Source: Pirellulales bacterium (GTDB lineage Bacteria > Planctomycetota > Planctomycetia > Pirellulales > JAICIG01). Taken from it: DNA of 64,000 nucleotides. The translations under genes and the position numbers were made by a program. Numbering within the stretch: position 1 is the first letter of the stretch; each line of letters begins with the position of its first letter. The stretch spans positions 330,599 to 394,598 of the forward strand of contig JBBDYJ010000010.1 in the NCBI GenBank assembly GCA_040901675.1. The letters are read 5' to 3'. The notes beneath the pieces were generated by a model, which did no database searches, had not been told where the DNA came from, and saw only the letters and a list, made by a program, of their open reading frames with translations. Shown one piece after another: positions 19,927-30,042 of the stretch.

Positions 19927-21279
19927 ATGAAAACAAACAGCTCCACGCCGTTTCGCTGGCCGCTGGCCCTGGGTGCCGTTGCATCCGTGATGCTGCTGGG
20001 CTCGAGGCTGCCGGCCCAAGACGCGGGCAATGGCGGATACGAGGAAATCCGCGTGCGGGAGGAGGGCGGCCAGCAGGTTGAGATCACCGAACCGCCGCGA
20101 ACCGCCCGAAGAAAATTCTATGAGTTACTCCAATCCGGGAGATTCGATAATGCCGAGGACCAGACGCTCTTCAACAACTACTTCAGCTTTTGGATGGCCG
20201 AGCTGACCTGGAAGGAGAAGCTGCCTTCGCTGACCGCCAAGCGTGACGAGCTCAGGAAACAGTTCATGCCGAGGGCAGCCCCCGATGTGCACAACCGGCT
20301 CAATGCACTCTTGCTCAGCGAAATGCCCAAAATCGCCCTGAATGATGCCTATCATCCGGCGGTGCGCGCCAACTGCGTGTTGATCCTGGCCGACTTGAAC
20401 CAGCAGGAACCGCGCGCGGGCGGCGTGGGGGCGGTGCCGTTGCCCGAGGCCCTGCCGGTGTTGCTCGACGCCGTTCAGGACACAGACCAGCACGACGTGG
20501 TTCGCGTGACGGCGCTGCGAGGCATCGTCCGCCATGCCGAGAGCAATATGGCCCAGAACGTCCGCAAAGGGGTGGCCGACGCCATGGTCCAGCTCGTCAC
20601 GGCCAAGCAACCAGCCGAGGGTCAGAGCAAGGATGGTCATCTTTGGCTGTGCATGATGGCCGCCGACGTGCTCGGAACACTGGCCGCCCAGGGGCCGGAA
20701 GCCAATCTGCCCGAAGTCTGCCAGGCCTTGGCCGGCCTGGTGGCTCAAGCCAACGGCGAGATCTGGGTCCGCTGCCAGGCGGCCGAATCGCTGGGCGCCT
20801 TGGAGCCCAAGAGCTTCCCCGCCAACGCGGTCGGCAAGATGGCGGCCGACCTGGCCAGCCTGGTGGTCGATATTTCCAAGGCCAATGCCCAAACGGCCGC
20901 GGAAGTCGACACGGCCGCCGCGCCTGCCAAGCTGCGCGAAATCTTGGCGGCGGAACTGGTCGACCAACTGACCCAGGTCAAGTCGGCCCTGGTCGGCCGC
21001 GGTGAGCCGCCTGCCGCCAATCGCGGCCTGCGGGCTGCAGCCGACGACGCGGCCCGTCCGTTCATCGACGGGCTGGTGACGAAGATCGACGAGATGGTGG
21101 CCATCTCGGGCGACACCAAGCTCAGCCTGACCGATCTTGCCAAATCGGTGCAGGACAAGGGCCTTGAGTTGGAGGACTGGCTCAAGACCCAGACCGGCAA
21201 AGCGCCGGCCGATCCGGTGGCGGTCGGCGCGTCGGTGCGGCCAAGCCCCGACACGACCCCCGTCAACCTGAGCCGGTAA
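19927..21279 (+). CDS. Exported helical (HEAT-like) hypothetical protein
   Basis: Signal peptide; repeats such as VRANCVLILADL, VRVTALRGI, VRCQAAESLGAL. Confidence 0.8.
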   Translation: MKTNSSTPFRWPLALGAVASVMLLGSRLPAQDAGNGGYEEIRVREEGGQQVEITEPPRTARRKFYELLQSGRFDNAEDQTLFNNYFSFWMAELTWKEKLPSLTAKRDELRKQFMPRAAPDVHNRLNALLLSEMPKIALNDAYHPAVRANCVLILADLNQQEPRAGGVGAVPLPEALPVLLDAVQDTDQHDVVRVTALRGIVRHAESNMAQNVRKGVADAMVQLVTAKQPAEGQSKDGHLWLCMMAADVLGTLAAQGPEANLPEVCQALAGLVAQANGEIWVRCQAAESLGALEPKSFPANAVGKMAADLASLVVDISKANAQTAAEVDTAAAPAKLREILAAELVDQLTQVKSALVGRGEPPAANRGLRAAADDAARPFIDGLVTKIDEMVAISGDTKLSLTDLAKSVQDKGLELEDWLKTQTGKAPADPVAVGASVRPSPDTTPVNLSR

Positions 21280-21288
21280 GCCGTTCTT

Positions 21289-21338
21289 CCGTGTGCCACT
21301 GCTTGAAGGTCCCGGCGGTCGGGACCGCGAAGCGGTGC
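21289..21338 (+). repeat. REP-like family R2 (GTGCCACTGCTTGAA hairpin)
   Basis: Shares CCGTGTGCCACTGCTTGAAGG with 55742; inner stem GGTCCCG/CGGGACC. Confidence 0.7.
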
Positions 21339-21382
21339 CACATCCTTTGGCCGTCTTGGAGCCCTCCCCGCGCCGCGAAACC

Positions 21383-22552
21383 TCAGGCCTTGAGCTGCTC
21401 GTCGTGGCGCATGCCGCTGGGGGGCTGGTCGGCGCGGTGCACGTTCGCCAAGGCCTGGCGGGCGCCAGCGTGCTGCTCGACGTCGTTGTCTTCCCACTCG
21501 ATCGAAACGGCGCCGCTGTAGCCGGCCCGGTTCAATTCAACCATCAACTCCTCGGTCGATGTCGCGTCGCGGGCAGTGCCTGCCGTCACAAAGTTCCAGC
21601 CGTTGTGCTTGTCGCCCATCGGGCGGTGCCCCCCCAATAGGCCGTTGCGCGTGTAGCCGCGAGCCACCTGAACCCCCTTGATGTGCGCGCAGTGGATCCG
21701 GTCGCCATAGTGGCGGATGAAGTCGACGCCCGACACGCCCTGCCACTCCATGTGCGAACAGTCGAAGTTGAAACCGGCCGCCTTGGCGAAGCCGGCCGCA
21801 TCCACCGCCGCCAGGTAGTCGCCCGCGCTGGCGATATCGCCCATGGCCCGCTCGCTCGGATGGCACTCCAGGTCGAACGTGGTGCCATGGTCCAGGCAGG
21901 CCTGGAACACGGGCGCGAAACGCTCCACCAGCAGCTCCAGGCTCACCCGGAAAACATCGGGAATCTCGTGCCCGCCGATCGACTTGGGCAGCGGCGGAAA
22001 CAAGAACCAGTGGCTCCAACAGTGCGCCGGCGAGCCGACGAACCCGGAGACCGGCACCACGCGGTCCTGCAACTCGCCTAAAAAACGGGCCAGCCGCGCC
22101 GCATTCACCACCGCGTCTCGCGCCTGCTGCCGCACGACCTCGGCCACCTCGGCCGGCACGAAGAACGGATCGGTGCGAGGCGGCCCGTTGCCCGCCGCCC
22201 GCCAGCGGCCGTACGCCTCGGCCGATTCGCCCCCCAGGAACTGGATGGTCTTGGCGCTCGGCTCGTCGCCCAAGGCCTGCCCCTGCAAGTGGCCGGCCAC
22301 GGAAAAGATCTCCAGGTTGCGGCTCTTGGCCTTGGCCACCCGCTCGGCGGCATAAGCCTTCGCCCCGGCGTCATCGCTGCAACGGCCCAGGTCGAGTTCC
22401 CAACTGGCCTCTTCCCAGCCGTCGAAGCCTGTCTTGGCGATCCAATCGAGCCAGGAGTCCTCGGGCACGTTGCCGAACTGACCGCGCACCAGGCCGATCT
22501 GATGATACGAATGCTTACCGCGACGATGCTCTTTGGTTTGATGATGGCCCAC
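21383..22552 (-). CDS. Sugar phosphate isomerase/epimerase (xylose isomerase-like TIM barrel)
   Basis: FDLECHP, NFDCSHMEWQG, HCAHIK, SIEWED; GTG start after AGGGAG. Confidence 0.88.
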   Translation of the reverse strand: MGHHQTKEHRRGKHSYHQIGLVRGQFGNVPEDSWLDWIAKTGFDGWEEASWELDLGRCSDDAGAKAYAAERVAKAKSRNLEIFSVAGHLQGQALGDEPSAKTIQFLGGESAEAYGRWRAAGNGPPRTDPFFVPAEVAEVVRQQARDAVVNAARLARFLGELQDRVVPVSGFVGSPAHCWSHWFLFPPLPKSIGGHEIPDVFRVSLELLVERFAPVFQACLDHGTTFDLECHPSERAMGDIASAGDYLAAVDAAGFAKAAGFNFDCSHMEWQGVSGVDFIRHYGDRIHCAHIKGVQVARGYTRNGLLGGHRPMGDKHNGWNFVTAGTARDATSTEELMVELNRAGYSGAVSIEWEDNDVEQHAGARQALANVHRADQPPSGMRHDEQLKA

Positions 22553-22948
22553 CGTGAAGTTCTCCCTGTGAGGTGACAGGCATGGCACAGAGTTATGGCG
22601 CAGAGTTATTGCACAGAGTTGGCAGCATCATAAAGGAGGAACGAGCAAGGATGAAGGAGAAGGGAGGAAAAACGCCCAGCGCGGATTCGTCAGGCGCGCA
22701 GCGCGCATCGGGCGAGCCGTTTCGTCGTAAATCGTTGCCCCGGCCCAAAGGTCCGCCGAGCAGGCCGATCCGCCGAAGGAGGATCGCCTTGCCCCGCGTG
22801 GCGAAAAGGCAACGCACGCGTTGAAATCCGGACCCTGCCACGCTGAACACCGGCCACCGCAAGCCGAAAACTCCCGCGGAGGCTAAACCGCCCAGGTGCA
22901 ATGCTTAGCGCTACCTTAGCGCTCCGACGCGTCCCACGTTCGAGCCTC

Positions 22949-22964
22949 TGGCATGCTGCTTGCA
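22949..22964 (+). promoter_or_regulatory. Putative sigma54 (-24/-12) promoter
   Basis: TGGCATG-CTGC-TTGCA fits TGGCACG-N4-TTGCW, about 47 nt upstream of the GNAT gene. Confidence 0.6.
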
Positions 22965-23010
22965 TCCATTGGATCGGTCCGCATCGGGATGAATTGGCCG
23001 CCACCGGGAG

Positions 23011-24249
23011 ATGCCATTGGCTCATGTCATCGAAATCAACGACCTTGAAGAACTGGACCGCCTGGGCCTTGTCTGGAAGTGCCTGCTGGCCGAGACCCGC
23101 CAGGCCTCGTTTTTTCAGTCGCTCGAGTGGCTGAGGACCTGGTGGCGGCACTGGGGACAGCATCAGCGCCTGCGGGTATTCGTGGCCCGCTCCGCCGGCC
23201 GATACCTGGGCATCTTGCCGCTGGCCGTGCGAACCGAGTGGACCCGCGGCCGACGCGTGCGCGTGCTCACGTACCCATCAAACGATTGGGGCGCGTTCCA
23301 TTCCCCCATTGGCCCGCAGCCCGCCGCAACCCTTGCCGCGGTGCTCGGCCACATCAGCCGGACCACGAGGGACTGGGACCTGCTCGATCTCCGTTGGGCC
23401 AGCCGCGATGGCTCGGACGCGCGTCGGACCGAGTCGGCCATGCTGGCCGCCGGATTCTCCGCCCATGGACAGCCCTGGAGCCAGTCGGCCATCATCGACC
23501 TGGCGGGCGGCCGGCACGGCTATTGGTCGGCCCTGGGCAGCCGCTGGCGCGACAAGCTGGCCCGCGGTGAAAAGCGGTTGGCCGCGGCGGGAGAGTTGAG
23601 CTACGTGCGTTATCGCCCGCTGGGCGCCGCCTTCGACGATCGCGATCCTCGCTGGGACTTGTACGACGCCTGCGGGCAAATTGCCAAGCGAAGCTGGCAG
23701 GGAGAGTCGTACCGTGGAATCACTCCCGCACGGACGCCGATCAGTGCCTTCCTGCACGATGCCCATCGGGCGGCGGTGCACGCCGGCGGGCTCGATCTGA
23801 ACCTGCTCCTCCTGGCGGGCCGGCCCCTGGCCTTTGCCTACAATTATCATTTCCAGGGGCGAGTCTCGGTATTGCGCATGGGCTGCGACGCACTCGCCAC
23901 AACCGACAATGCCCTCAGCGTGCTGATGCGGCACGTCATCGACGACAGCTTCGAACGGGGCGACACCGAGATCGATCTGGGGCCGGGGCGGGTCGATTGC
24001 AAGCGCCATTGGCGGCCGGCGCTGGAAACGAGCTATCGCTACACGCACTTTGCGGGGTTCGGCCCCAAGCTGCGGCTGCGATGGCTAGAGCGCTGCCTGA
24101 CCGGCTGGCTCGAGCGAGTCAGTCTTCATAGACATGGTCGCGGCGACGGCGGCGAGCATACGGACCCCGTGGCGGCTCGCCTCGGTGTGCACCGGCCCCC
24201 TCATGAAAAAAGCGGCCCGCCAGCAGGCGGTAGAAAAACAGCAGGATGA
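23011..24249 (+). CDS. GNAT family acetyltransferase (CelD/BcsL-like)
   Basis: SFFQSLEWLRTWWRH, LGILPL, IDLGPG..CKRHW; 3' end overlaps the convergent gene. Confidence 0.85.
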   Translation: MPLAHVIEINDLEELDRLGLVWKCLLAETRQASFFQSLEWLRTWWRHWGQHQRLRVFVARSAGRYLGILPLAVRTEWTRGRRVRVLTYPSNDWGAFHSPIGPQPAATLAAVLGHISRTTRDWDLLDLRWASRDGSDARRTESAMLAAGFSAHGQPWSQSAIIDLAGGRHGYWSALGSRWRDKLARGEKRLAAAGELSYVRYRPLGAAFDDRDPRWDLYDACGQIAKRSWQGESYRGITPARTPISAFLHDAHRAAVHAGGLDLNLLLLAGRPLAFAYNYHFQGRVSVLRMGCDALATTDNALSVLMRHVIDDSFERGDTEIDLGPGRVDCKRHWRPALETSYRYTHFAGFGPKLRLRWLERCLTGWLERVSLHRHGRGDGGEHTDPVAARLGVHRPPHEKSGPPAGGRKTAG

Positions 24250-24505
24250 ATGCCCCCGCCGTGGCCACCACGAATCCCAGCGGGCTGATCGGCGTTACGC
24301 GCTGACCGTCGGAAAAGTACATCAGCGTGCCCGAGCCGATCACGCTGCCGCCGATGCCCATCAACAGAGTCGCCACGGCCCCGCCCGGATCGCGACCCGG
24401 CATGATTGCTTTGGCCAGCAGCCCGGCCAGCGTTCCAAAGCCGATCCAGACCAACAGGTCGTTGGACCACTGCTCGAAGGCCTGCGTTAGCTCAACCGAC
24501 ATCAT
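24119..24505 (-). CDS. GlsB/YeaQ/YmgE (transglycosylase-associated) membrane protein
   Basis: WIGFGTLAGLLAKAIMPGRDPGG..TLLMGIGGS. Confidence 0.88.
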   Translation of the reverse strand: MMSVELTQAFEQWSNDLLVWIGFGTLAGLLAKAIMPGRDPGGAVATLLMGIGGSVIGSGTLMYFSDGQRVTPISPLGFVVATAGAFILLFFYRLLAGRFFHEGAGAHRGEPPRGPYARRRRRDHVYED

Positions 24506-24551
24506 GCGACAATCCGCAATACCATAAACTTTACTGGCGCCGCTAGATCCC

Positions 24552-24575
24552 GTAGCTGAACTCGCCAGAGTTCAG
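24552..24575 (+). repeat. REP-like family R3 (GTAGC.GAACTCGCCAGAGTTC)
   Basis: Near-identical copies at 40419-40447 and (reverse) 60331-60357. Confidence 0.75.
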
Positions 24576-24629
24576 GCAGCGCGGCGGCATCCCGTACCTC
24601 AACTCAACGGCTCGTCGCTGCCTTCTCTC

Positions 24630-24670
24630 TTCTGCCTTCTGCCTTCTGCCTTCTGCCTTCTGCCTTCTGC
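24630..24670 (+). repeat. Heptamer tandem repeat (TTCTGCC)n
   Basis: About 6 consecutive units. Confidence 0.9.
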
Positions 24671-24903
24671 TCTTTCCTCAAATCCCTCCGCTCACCTGAC
24701 GCCCAAGAGACGCATGTTACGGCGCATCTTGGACGTCAGGAGCGAAGGGCGCCGTCCCCCCCAGCGCCACCAGGGCCGGCACGGGCCTGGATCCATGGGA
24801 TCCCTGCCACGAACCTTGCCGACTAGGATGCCAGCGGTCGGCGCTCGACGAAAAATTGCTGGCGGTGCGAGCCGTCGGCTCGCCCCGCGCCGAAAGGTCT
24901 ATC

Positions 24904-25236
24904 TCAGGGCAAAACGTCCGGCGGCATGTCGCCCGGAACGGCTGGCACCGGACCACCCGGAACTCCGCCAGGCACGCCTCCAGGGTTCACCAGGCCGGCT
25001 CGTAACTGCTCGTCCTGGAAGGCGGCCATCGCGGCCGCCTCGCGGCTCAGCTTGAACTCCGGCCCGGCCGGGAAGTACTGCACGTCGTCGGTCTGCCAAT
25101 AGGGACTGGGCAGCGTCTGGCCGCCGATGTCCACCTGGCAACCGCTCAAGCTCAAGGCGGCCGTGCAACCCAGGCTTCCCAACAGCCGTTTGAGCCGGTG
25201 CCCAGCGGGGAATTGCCTCATGGTCACTGTCTCCAT
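24904..25236 (-). CDS. Small putative lipoprotein
   Basis: Lipobox-like LSGC followed by QVDIGGQTLPSPYWQTDDVQYFPAGPEFKL; GGAG RBS. Confidence 0.75.
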   Translation of the reverse strand: METVTMRQFPAGHRLKRLLGSLGCTAALSLSGCQVDIGGQTLPSPYWQTDDVQYFPAGPEFKLSREAAAMAAFQDEQLRAGLVNPGGVPGGVPGGPVPAVPGDMPPDVLP

Positions 25237-25465
25237 TGTTTCGCTCCGTGGACAGGCGGCCTCGCGTCGGCTGGAGCCCACCCAGGCGTTACGATCGTTG
25301 GCAGCGGCAAAATTGACAGCATCGTTATCGTCCAAGGGGCGAGGCAACTTGATTCGTTTCAGGGAAAACCTTCCGGAAACCCCCCATTTTCGCGCCCCAG
25401 CCCTTGCCACTCGCTAGAATGAAGCTGTCAATCAAAGTCCGGCGGCCATTTCGGGGAGTAGAGCA

Positions 25466-28400
25466 ATGGTTGGCACCTGCCAGGAGAATCGGGCAACCAG
25501 GTCGGGCACGGGCAGCCGGCACGGGTCGCACCGGAAGATCGTCCGCGGACTGATCCTGCTATCGCTGATCGGACTCGTCCGGCCCGAGACGGCATGGTCC
25601 CAGGACGCTTTGCCCCAAGTCGTTAGTACCCGCTCGGCGCCGCGGCCTTCGTATTTTGTCATTTTCCCCGCTTATTACGACGGCGAGTACCGCGAAGCTC
25701 TGAAGGCCTTCCGTGCCGAGGGTCGCGCGGCGATCAAAAACGGGCCGGGCAACCATTGGATCGACTCGATCTGCTTTCACGCCATGACCGGGGAATGCTA
25801 CTACCAGATGGGCCAACTGGGCCTGGCGCTCGACCACTACAACGCCGCACTGAAATTGTACGTGGCTTATTCGGAGTGGATGCTGCGCGTTCAATTCCCG
25901 CCTGCCATTCGTCCGGCGAATCTCGGCAGGGTCAAGCGCGTGCCGTGGGGGCAGTCGCAACGGCTGGCGCGCGTCGGCCAGTTTCAGGACACCACGTTGA
26001 TCGAGCAGGGGCGCCTCAACAACATCGAGCAGGTGCAGCGCGGCGGCGTCGTGCAACCTCCCGTGCTCTACTCCGTCAGTGTCCAGGAAATCGTCCGCTG
26101 CACGTCGTTGGCCCTGAGGCGGCGCCGCGAGTTGATGGGTCCGGTGGGTCCGCACGACCCGCTCTCGGGCCAGTTGATTGCCGTGCTGGCCAGGCGTCCC
26201 AGTCGGCCCAATCACTGGTCGGAAGCCTGGATCGACGCGCAGCTCGGTCTGGCCTACGCGGCCGCCGGAAAAGACGCCCAGGCCCGCACCGTGTTGGAGC
26301 ACGGCGTGGTGGCAGCCGGCCAGTTCGATCACCCTCTCACTCCCACGATTCTCCTGGAGCTGGGCAGGCTGGCCCTGTCGTCAGGCGATTTCGCCGCCGC
26401 GGAAAACTACTTCGGCGAGGCCACCTATGCGGCCGTCAACTTCGGCGACGTCGGAGTGCTCGAAGAGGCTTTCACCTATGGGCTGCAAACGCACCTGGTG
26501 GCCAACCGTCCCGGCTTGTACCCGCCGCTGGCCACCGCGGTCGCCTGGGCCCGGGCCCAGCGGCTCAAAACGTTGCAGGCCACGCTGCTGGTGCTGCTGG
26601 CCGAGAACCAATGCGCATTGAACCAGCCCAAGGCCGCGGCCGCCGCCCTGACCGACGCCCGGGCCGCCATGGGCCGCACCGACATGCCCAACAGCAAGCT
26701 GGGCGCCCGGCTGAACTATGTCTCGGCCTTGACGATGTATCAACAGGCGAGCACGGCCGAAGGCGACCGCGCGCTGGCGGCCGCGCTGGGGTTTCAGCAG
26801 TCCGGCTCGCTCTGGCTGTTCCACATGGGGCTGGCCGATGGTCTGTGGCGCGACCGGGGCATCTCCGATCGCCTGGCCATGGAGCTGTACTCCCTGGTCT
26901 TGCGCGACCCGACCAAGGCCGACTGGTCCCACGACCCGCTGGAATCGCTGTCGTCGCTGGTGACGCCGCACCCCTTGTTGTTCGAGCGCTGGTTCGAGGT
27001 CGCCCTGGCCCGCAACGAGCACGAGCGGGCCCTGGAGATTGCCGACCTGGCGCGGCGGCACCGCTTCTTGTCGACCTTGGAAATGGGCGGGCGCGTGCAC
27101 AGCCTGCGCTGGGTGTTGGAGGGGCCTCCCGAAATGCTCGACCAGGAGGCCACGCTGCAGCGGCAGGACCTGCTCGTCCACTTTCCGCAGTACGGCCAGC
27201 TCGCCGAGCGGACCAGGCAGATCAAGGCCCAGCTCGACGCGATGCCGCTGGCGCCGGGCGACGCCGACGGAAAGCGGCGGCAGGCGGCCCTGCTTTCCGA
27301 GTTGGCATCGATCGGCCAGGATCAGGAGCGGCTGCTGCGCCAGATCGCGCTTGAGCGGGTGCCGTGCGAGATGGTCTTCCCGCCCAAGCGGACGACGCGC
27401 CAGGTGCAGCAAGCGTTGGAAGACGGCCAGGCGATCCTGGTTTTCTTTTCCACGACCCGCAACCTGTACGCTTTCCTCATGACCAACGACCGCTATGGTT
27501 ATTGGCCCGTCGCCTCGGCCGGCGCGTTGCCCAACCAGGTGGCGGCCCTGCTGCGGGGCTGGGGCAATTACGAGCAGAACAAGGTGCTGGTCCGGGCCGA
27601 CCTGGAAAATCAGAGTTGGCGGCAGCCGGCCGGCCTGGTCCTGGCGACGTTGATGAAGGATTCGCGGGCCAACCTGCCCGACATCTGCCGGGAGTTGGTG
27701 GTTGTGCCCGATGGTCTGTTGTGGTACGTCCCCTTCGAAGCGCTGGAGGTGAGCGACGGCGACGCGACGGTTCCGCTCATCTCGAGGATGCGGCTGCGAT
27801 ACGCTCCCACCCTCGGCTTGGCCATTGCCGATCCACGGCCGCGCAGGCAAAGCGGCAACACGGCCGTCGTGCTGGGCCGGCTGTTTCCTCGCGACGCCGC
27901 GGAAGTCTCCGCGCGGGCCTTCGACGGGTTGGCCTCCGCCGTGCCGGGCGCGGTCGCCGTTGGCGCGCCGCTGCCCGCTCCCGCGGCCGTTTATGCCAGC
28001 CTGTTCGACCGGCTGATCGCCTACCGCGACACGACACCCGGCGATGGGGCGTACGACTGGTCGCCGCTGGAAGTCGACGGCAACTCGGCGGGCGGCAAGC
28101 TTGCCGACTGGTTCGCATTGCCATGGGGCGGTCCGGACGAGGTGATCTTGCCCGGCTTCCACACGGCCGCCGAGCGCGCGCTGAAGGGGCAAGCCCCGGA
28201 AACGGCGGGCAACGAGATGTTTCTGTCAGTGTGTGGATTGATGGCCAACGGCGCCCGGACGGTGCTGATCAGCCGCTGGCGGACCGGCGGCCAGACCAGC
28301 TTCGACTTGGTCCGCGAGTTTGCCCAGGAGTTGCCGCACACCACGGCCGCCGACGCCTGGCAGCGCAGCGTGCTGGTCGTTTCCGACATGCCCCTCGACC

Positions 28401-28642
28401 CGGCCCTGGAGCCGCGGCTCAAGCACGACGAGACACCTGAGCGGCCCAAGGCCGATCATCCCTTCTTCTGGGCCGGATACATGCTGATCGACACCGGCAC
28501 GTCGCCGCACGTTGCCGACGAAGACCAGGCCGCCAAGGTATTGGTCCAGGGCGCCGCCCGCCGCCCCGACGACCAACCGCCCGCCCAGCCCGCCGCCGGC
28601 GTCGATGGCGAGCCGGAGGAAGACGAAGAAGACGTCCCGTAG
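25466..28642 (+). CDS. TPR + CHAT domain protein
   Basis: TPR-like helices; CHAT motifs VVPDGLLWYVPFEAL, GARTVLISRW, HPFFWAGYMLI. Confidence 0.88.
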   Translation: MVGTCQENRATRSGTGSRHGSHRKIVRGLILLSLIGLVRPETAWSQDALPQVVSTRSAPRPSYFVIFPAYYDGEYREALKAFRAEGRAAIKNGPGNHWIDSICFHAMTGECYYQMGQLGLALDHYNAALKLYVAYSEWMLRVQFPPAIRPANLGRVKRVPWGQSQRLARVGQFQDTTLIEQGRLNNIEQVQRGGVVQPPVLYSVSVQEIVRCTSLALRRRRELMGPVGPHDPLSGQLIAVLARRPSRPNHWSEAWIDAQLGLAYAAAGKDAQARTVLEHGVVAAGQFDHPLTPTILLELGRLALSSGDFAAAENYFGEATYAAVNFGDVGVLEEAFTYGLQTHLVANRPGLYPPLATAVAWARAQRLKTLQATLLVLLAENQCALNQPKAAAAALTDARAAMGRTDMPNSKLGARLNYVSALTMYQQASTAEGDRALAAALGFQQSGSLWLFHMGLADGLWRDRGISDRLAMELYSLVLRDPTKADWSHDPLESLSSLVTPHPLLFERWFEVALARNEHERALEIADLARRHRFLSTLEMGGRVHSLRWVLEGPPEMLDQEATLQRQDLLVHFPQYGQLAERTRQIKAQLDAMPLAPGDADGKRRQAALLSELASIGQDQERLLRQIALERVPCEMVFPPKRTTRQVQQALEDGQAILVFFSTTRNLYAFLMTNDRYGYWPVASAGALPNQVAALLRGWGNYEQNKVLVRADLENQSWRQPAGLVLATLMKDSRANLPDICRELVVVPDGLLWYVPFEALEVSDGDATVPLISRMRLRYAPTLGLAIADPRPRRQSGNTAVVLGRLFPRDAAEVSARAFDGLASAVPGAVAVGAPLPAPAAVYASLFDRLIAYRDTTPGDGAYDWSPLEVDGNSAGGKLADWFALPWGGPDEVILPGFHTAAERALKGQAPETAGNEMFLSVCGLMANGARTVLISRWRTGGQTSFDLVREFAQELPHTTAADAWQRSVLVVSDMPLDPALEPRLKHDETPERPKADHPFFWAGYMLIDTGTSPHVADEDQAAKVLVQGAARRPDDQPPAQPAAGVDGEPEEDEEDVP

Positions 28643-28655
28643 ACTCGCCGGGCAT

Positions 28656-29816
28656 CTATGGCGACCAGCCGGGCAGAGGGGCCGAATGGATCTCCGGCGC
28701 GATGCCGCCTTGCAACGCTTCAATCCGGCGGCGGGCTTCCAGCACTTCGCCCTCGCTGCCGTGAATCCGGATCTCAATCTCGAACACCCGCGATTCGCCG
28801 GGCGCCAGCACGAGCACTCGGCCTTGCGCCTTCTCGAACGACTTGACGTTGGGGAAGTTGATCGCCGGCTCCAACCCAGTGCAGTAGCCGTCCGACCTGG
28901 GCTGCGGGTTCTTCCAGACGATGAACCGGGGAAGCTGATTGCAATTGAAGGCCAGGCTGGCGCCGCGGGCCTGCCGCGGGTCGGTTATCAGCGCGGCCGT
29001 GTTTCCCGAACGGTCGGCCGCCAGCTCGAAGTAGAGGACCGTTTCCGCCACACCCGGTTGCTCGGCCTCGTAGGTCTGCCAGTCGGCCACGCCACGGGCG
29101 CTTCCGGCGTCGCGGGGCGCCAGCCTCCGCAACGGCAGGTAGACCTTGGATCCGGGCGCGGCCAGCGGCGGGCCCATGTTGATGTGATAGAGCAACTCCA
29201 GGTCGGCCGGCACGCTCGACAGGTTGGTCACCTGGTCCGTAATCCACAACCGGGGCTCGCCGATCCGCGTCCGCACGGTCGAGGCCAGCCGCAGGTTGTT
29301 GCCGAACAGCCGCGCCTCGTCGACCACGCCGGTCACGGCGATCCGCCCGTCGGCTTCCACCGCCACCTCCAGGCGGTGCGCCGGCAGGTTGGCGATCCGC
29401 CCGTGCAGCGTGTGCTTCAGTCGGCCCGCATCGTCCCACTCGGGCGGGCCGTTGTACTCCAGCCCGCATCGGCATAAAAACTCGTCGAACCCGGTCAGCC
29501 AGCCGATGCCACTGGCCGCGTCGGTCGGCACGTACCGCGGGTTCACGGGGCCTTTCACCGGCGAGGGCCACCCCAGCTCGACGTCGCCCCGCCAGACGCG
29601 CCACAGACCCATTCCGCGATCGGGCAGGACCACAAACTTCAGCCCGCCATGCTCGACTTCGACAATGCCCACGCCGTCGCGCAGGCCGCCTCGCAGCGTC
29701 CGCTTTGCCACTCGCGTGGCCCCGGATGCGTCGCCCAGCTCGCCGGCGGAGGCTTGCCAGTCGTCCAGATGGATGTCGCGGTCCACGTCGGTGAGGACCC
29801 AGTTTTTGGGGGACAT
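28656..29816 (-). CDS. Aldose 1-epimerase family protein (DUF4432)
   Basis: VLPDRGMG, FLCRCGL, LHGRIANLPA, LLYHINMG, GLEPAINFP. Confidence 0.9.
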   Translation of the reverse strand: MSPKNWVLTDVDRDIHLDDWQASAGELGDASGATRVAKRTLRGGLRDGVGIVEVEHGGLKFVVLPDRGMGLWRVWRGDVELGWPSPVKGPVNPRYVPTDAASGIGWLTGFDEFLCRCGLEYNGPPEWDDAGRLKHTLHGRIANLPAHRLEVAVEADGRIAVTGVVDEARLFGNNLRLASTVRTRIGEPRLWITDQVTNLSSVPADLELLYHINMGPPLAAPGSKVYLPLRRLAPRDAGSARGVADWQTYEAEQPGVAETVLYFELAADRSGNTAALITDPRQARGASLAFNCNQLPRFIVWKNPQPRSDGYCTGLEPAINFPNVKSFEKAQGRVLVLAPGESRVFEIEIRIHGSEGEVLEARRRIEALQGGIAPEIHSAPLPGWSP

Positions 29817-30042
29817 CGCGGCAAGCTCCTCGGCTGGGCAGCAGTTCGGCGATTTGTGCAACTGGTGGACGGCGGCCCGCGCGGCGCTCGGCCGCCGGAC
29901 ACGTCCTGTTGTATGTTCCCGGACCGATCAATTCCAGGCGACGAACTGCTTGCCAGCCGCTTTTCGAGCGAATACAACAAGCGTTCGGTCCAGTCCCCGC
30001 GGCCCTCGAGGCCGATTTCCCGTTGGAGTATCGAATCCGAGC

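Noticed and set aside
29224..30042. N-terminal extension of the cupin ORF
   Set aside because: Overlaps the DUF4432 gene antisense; ATG30043 with a GGAG RBS is the better start.
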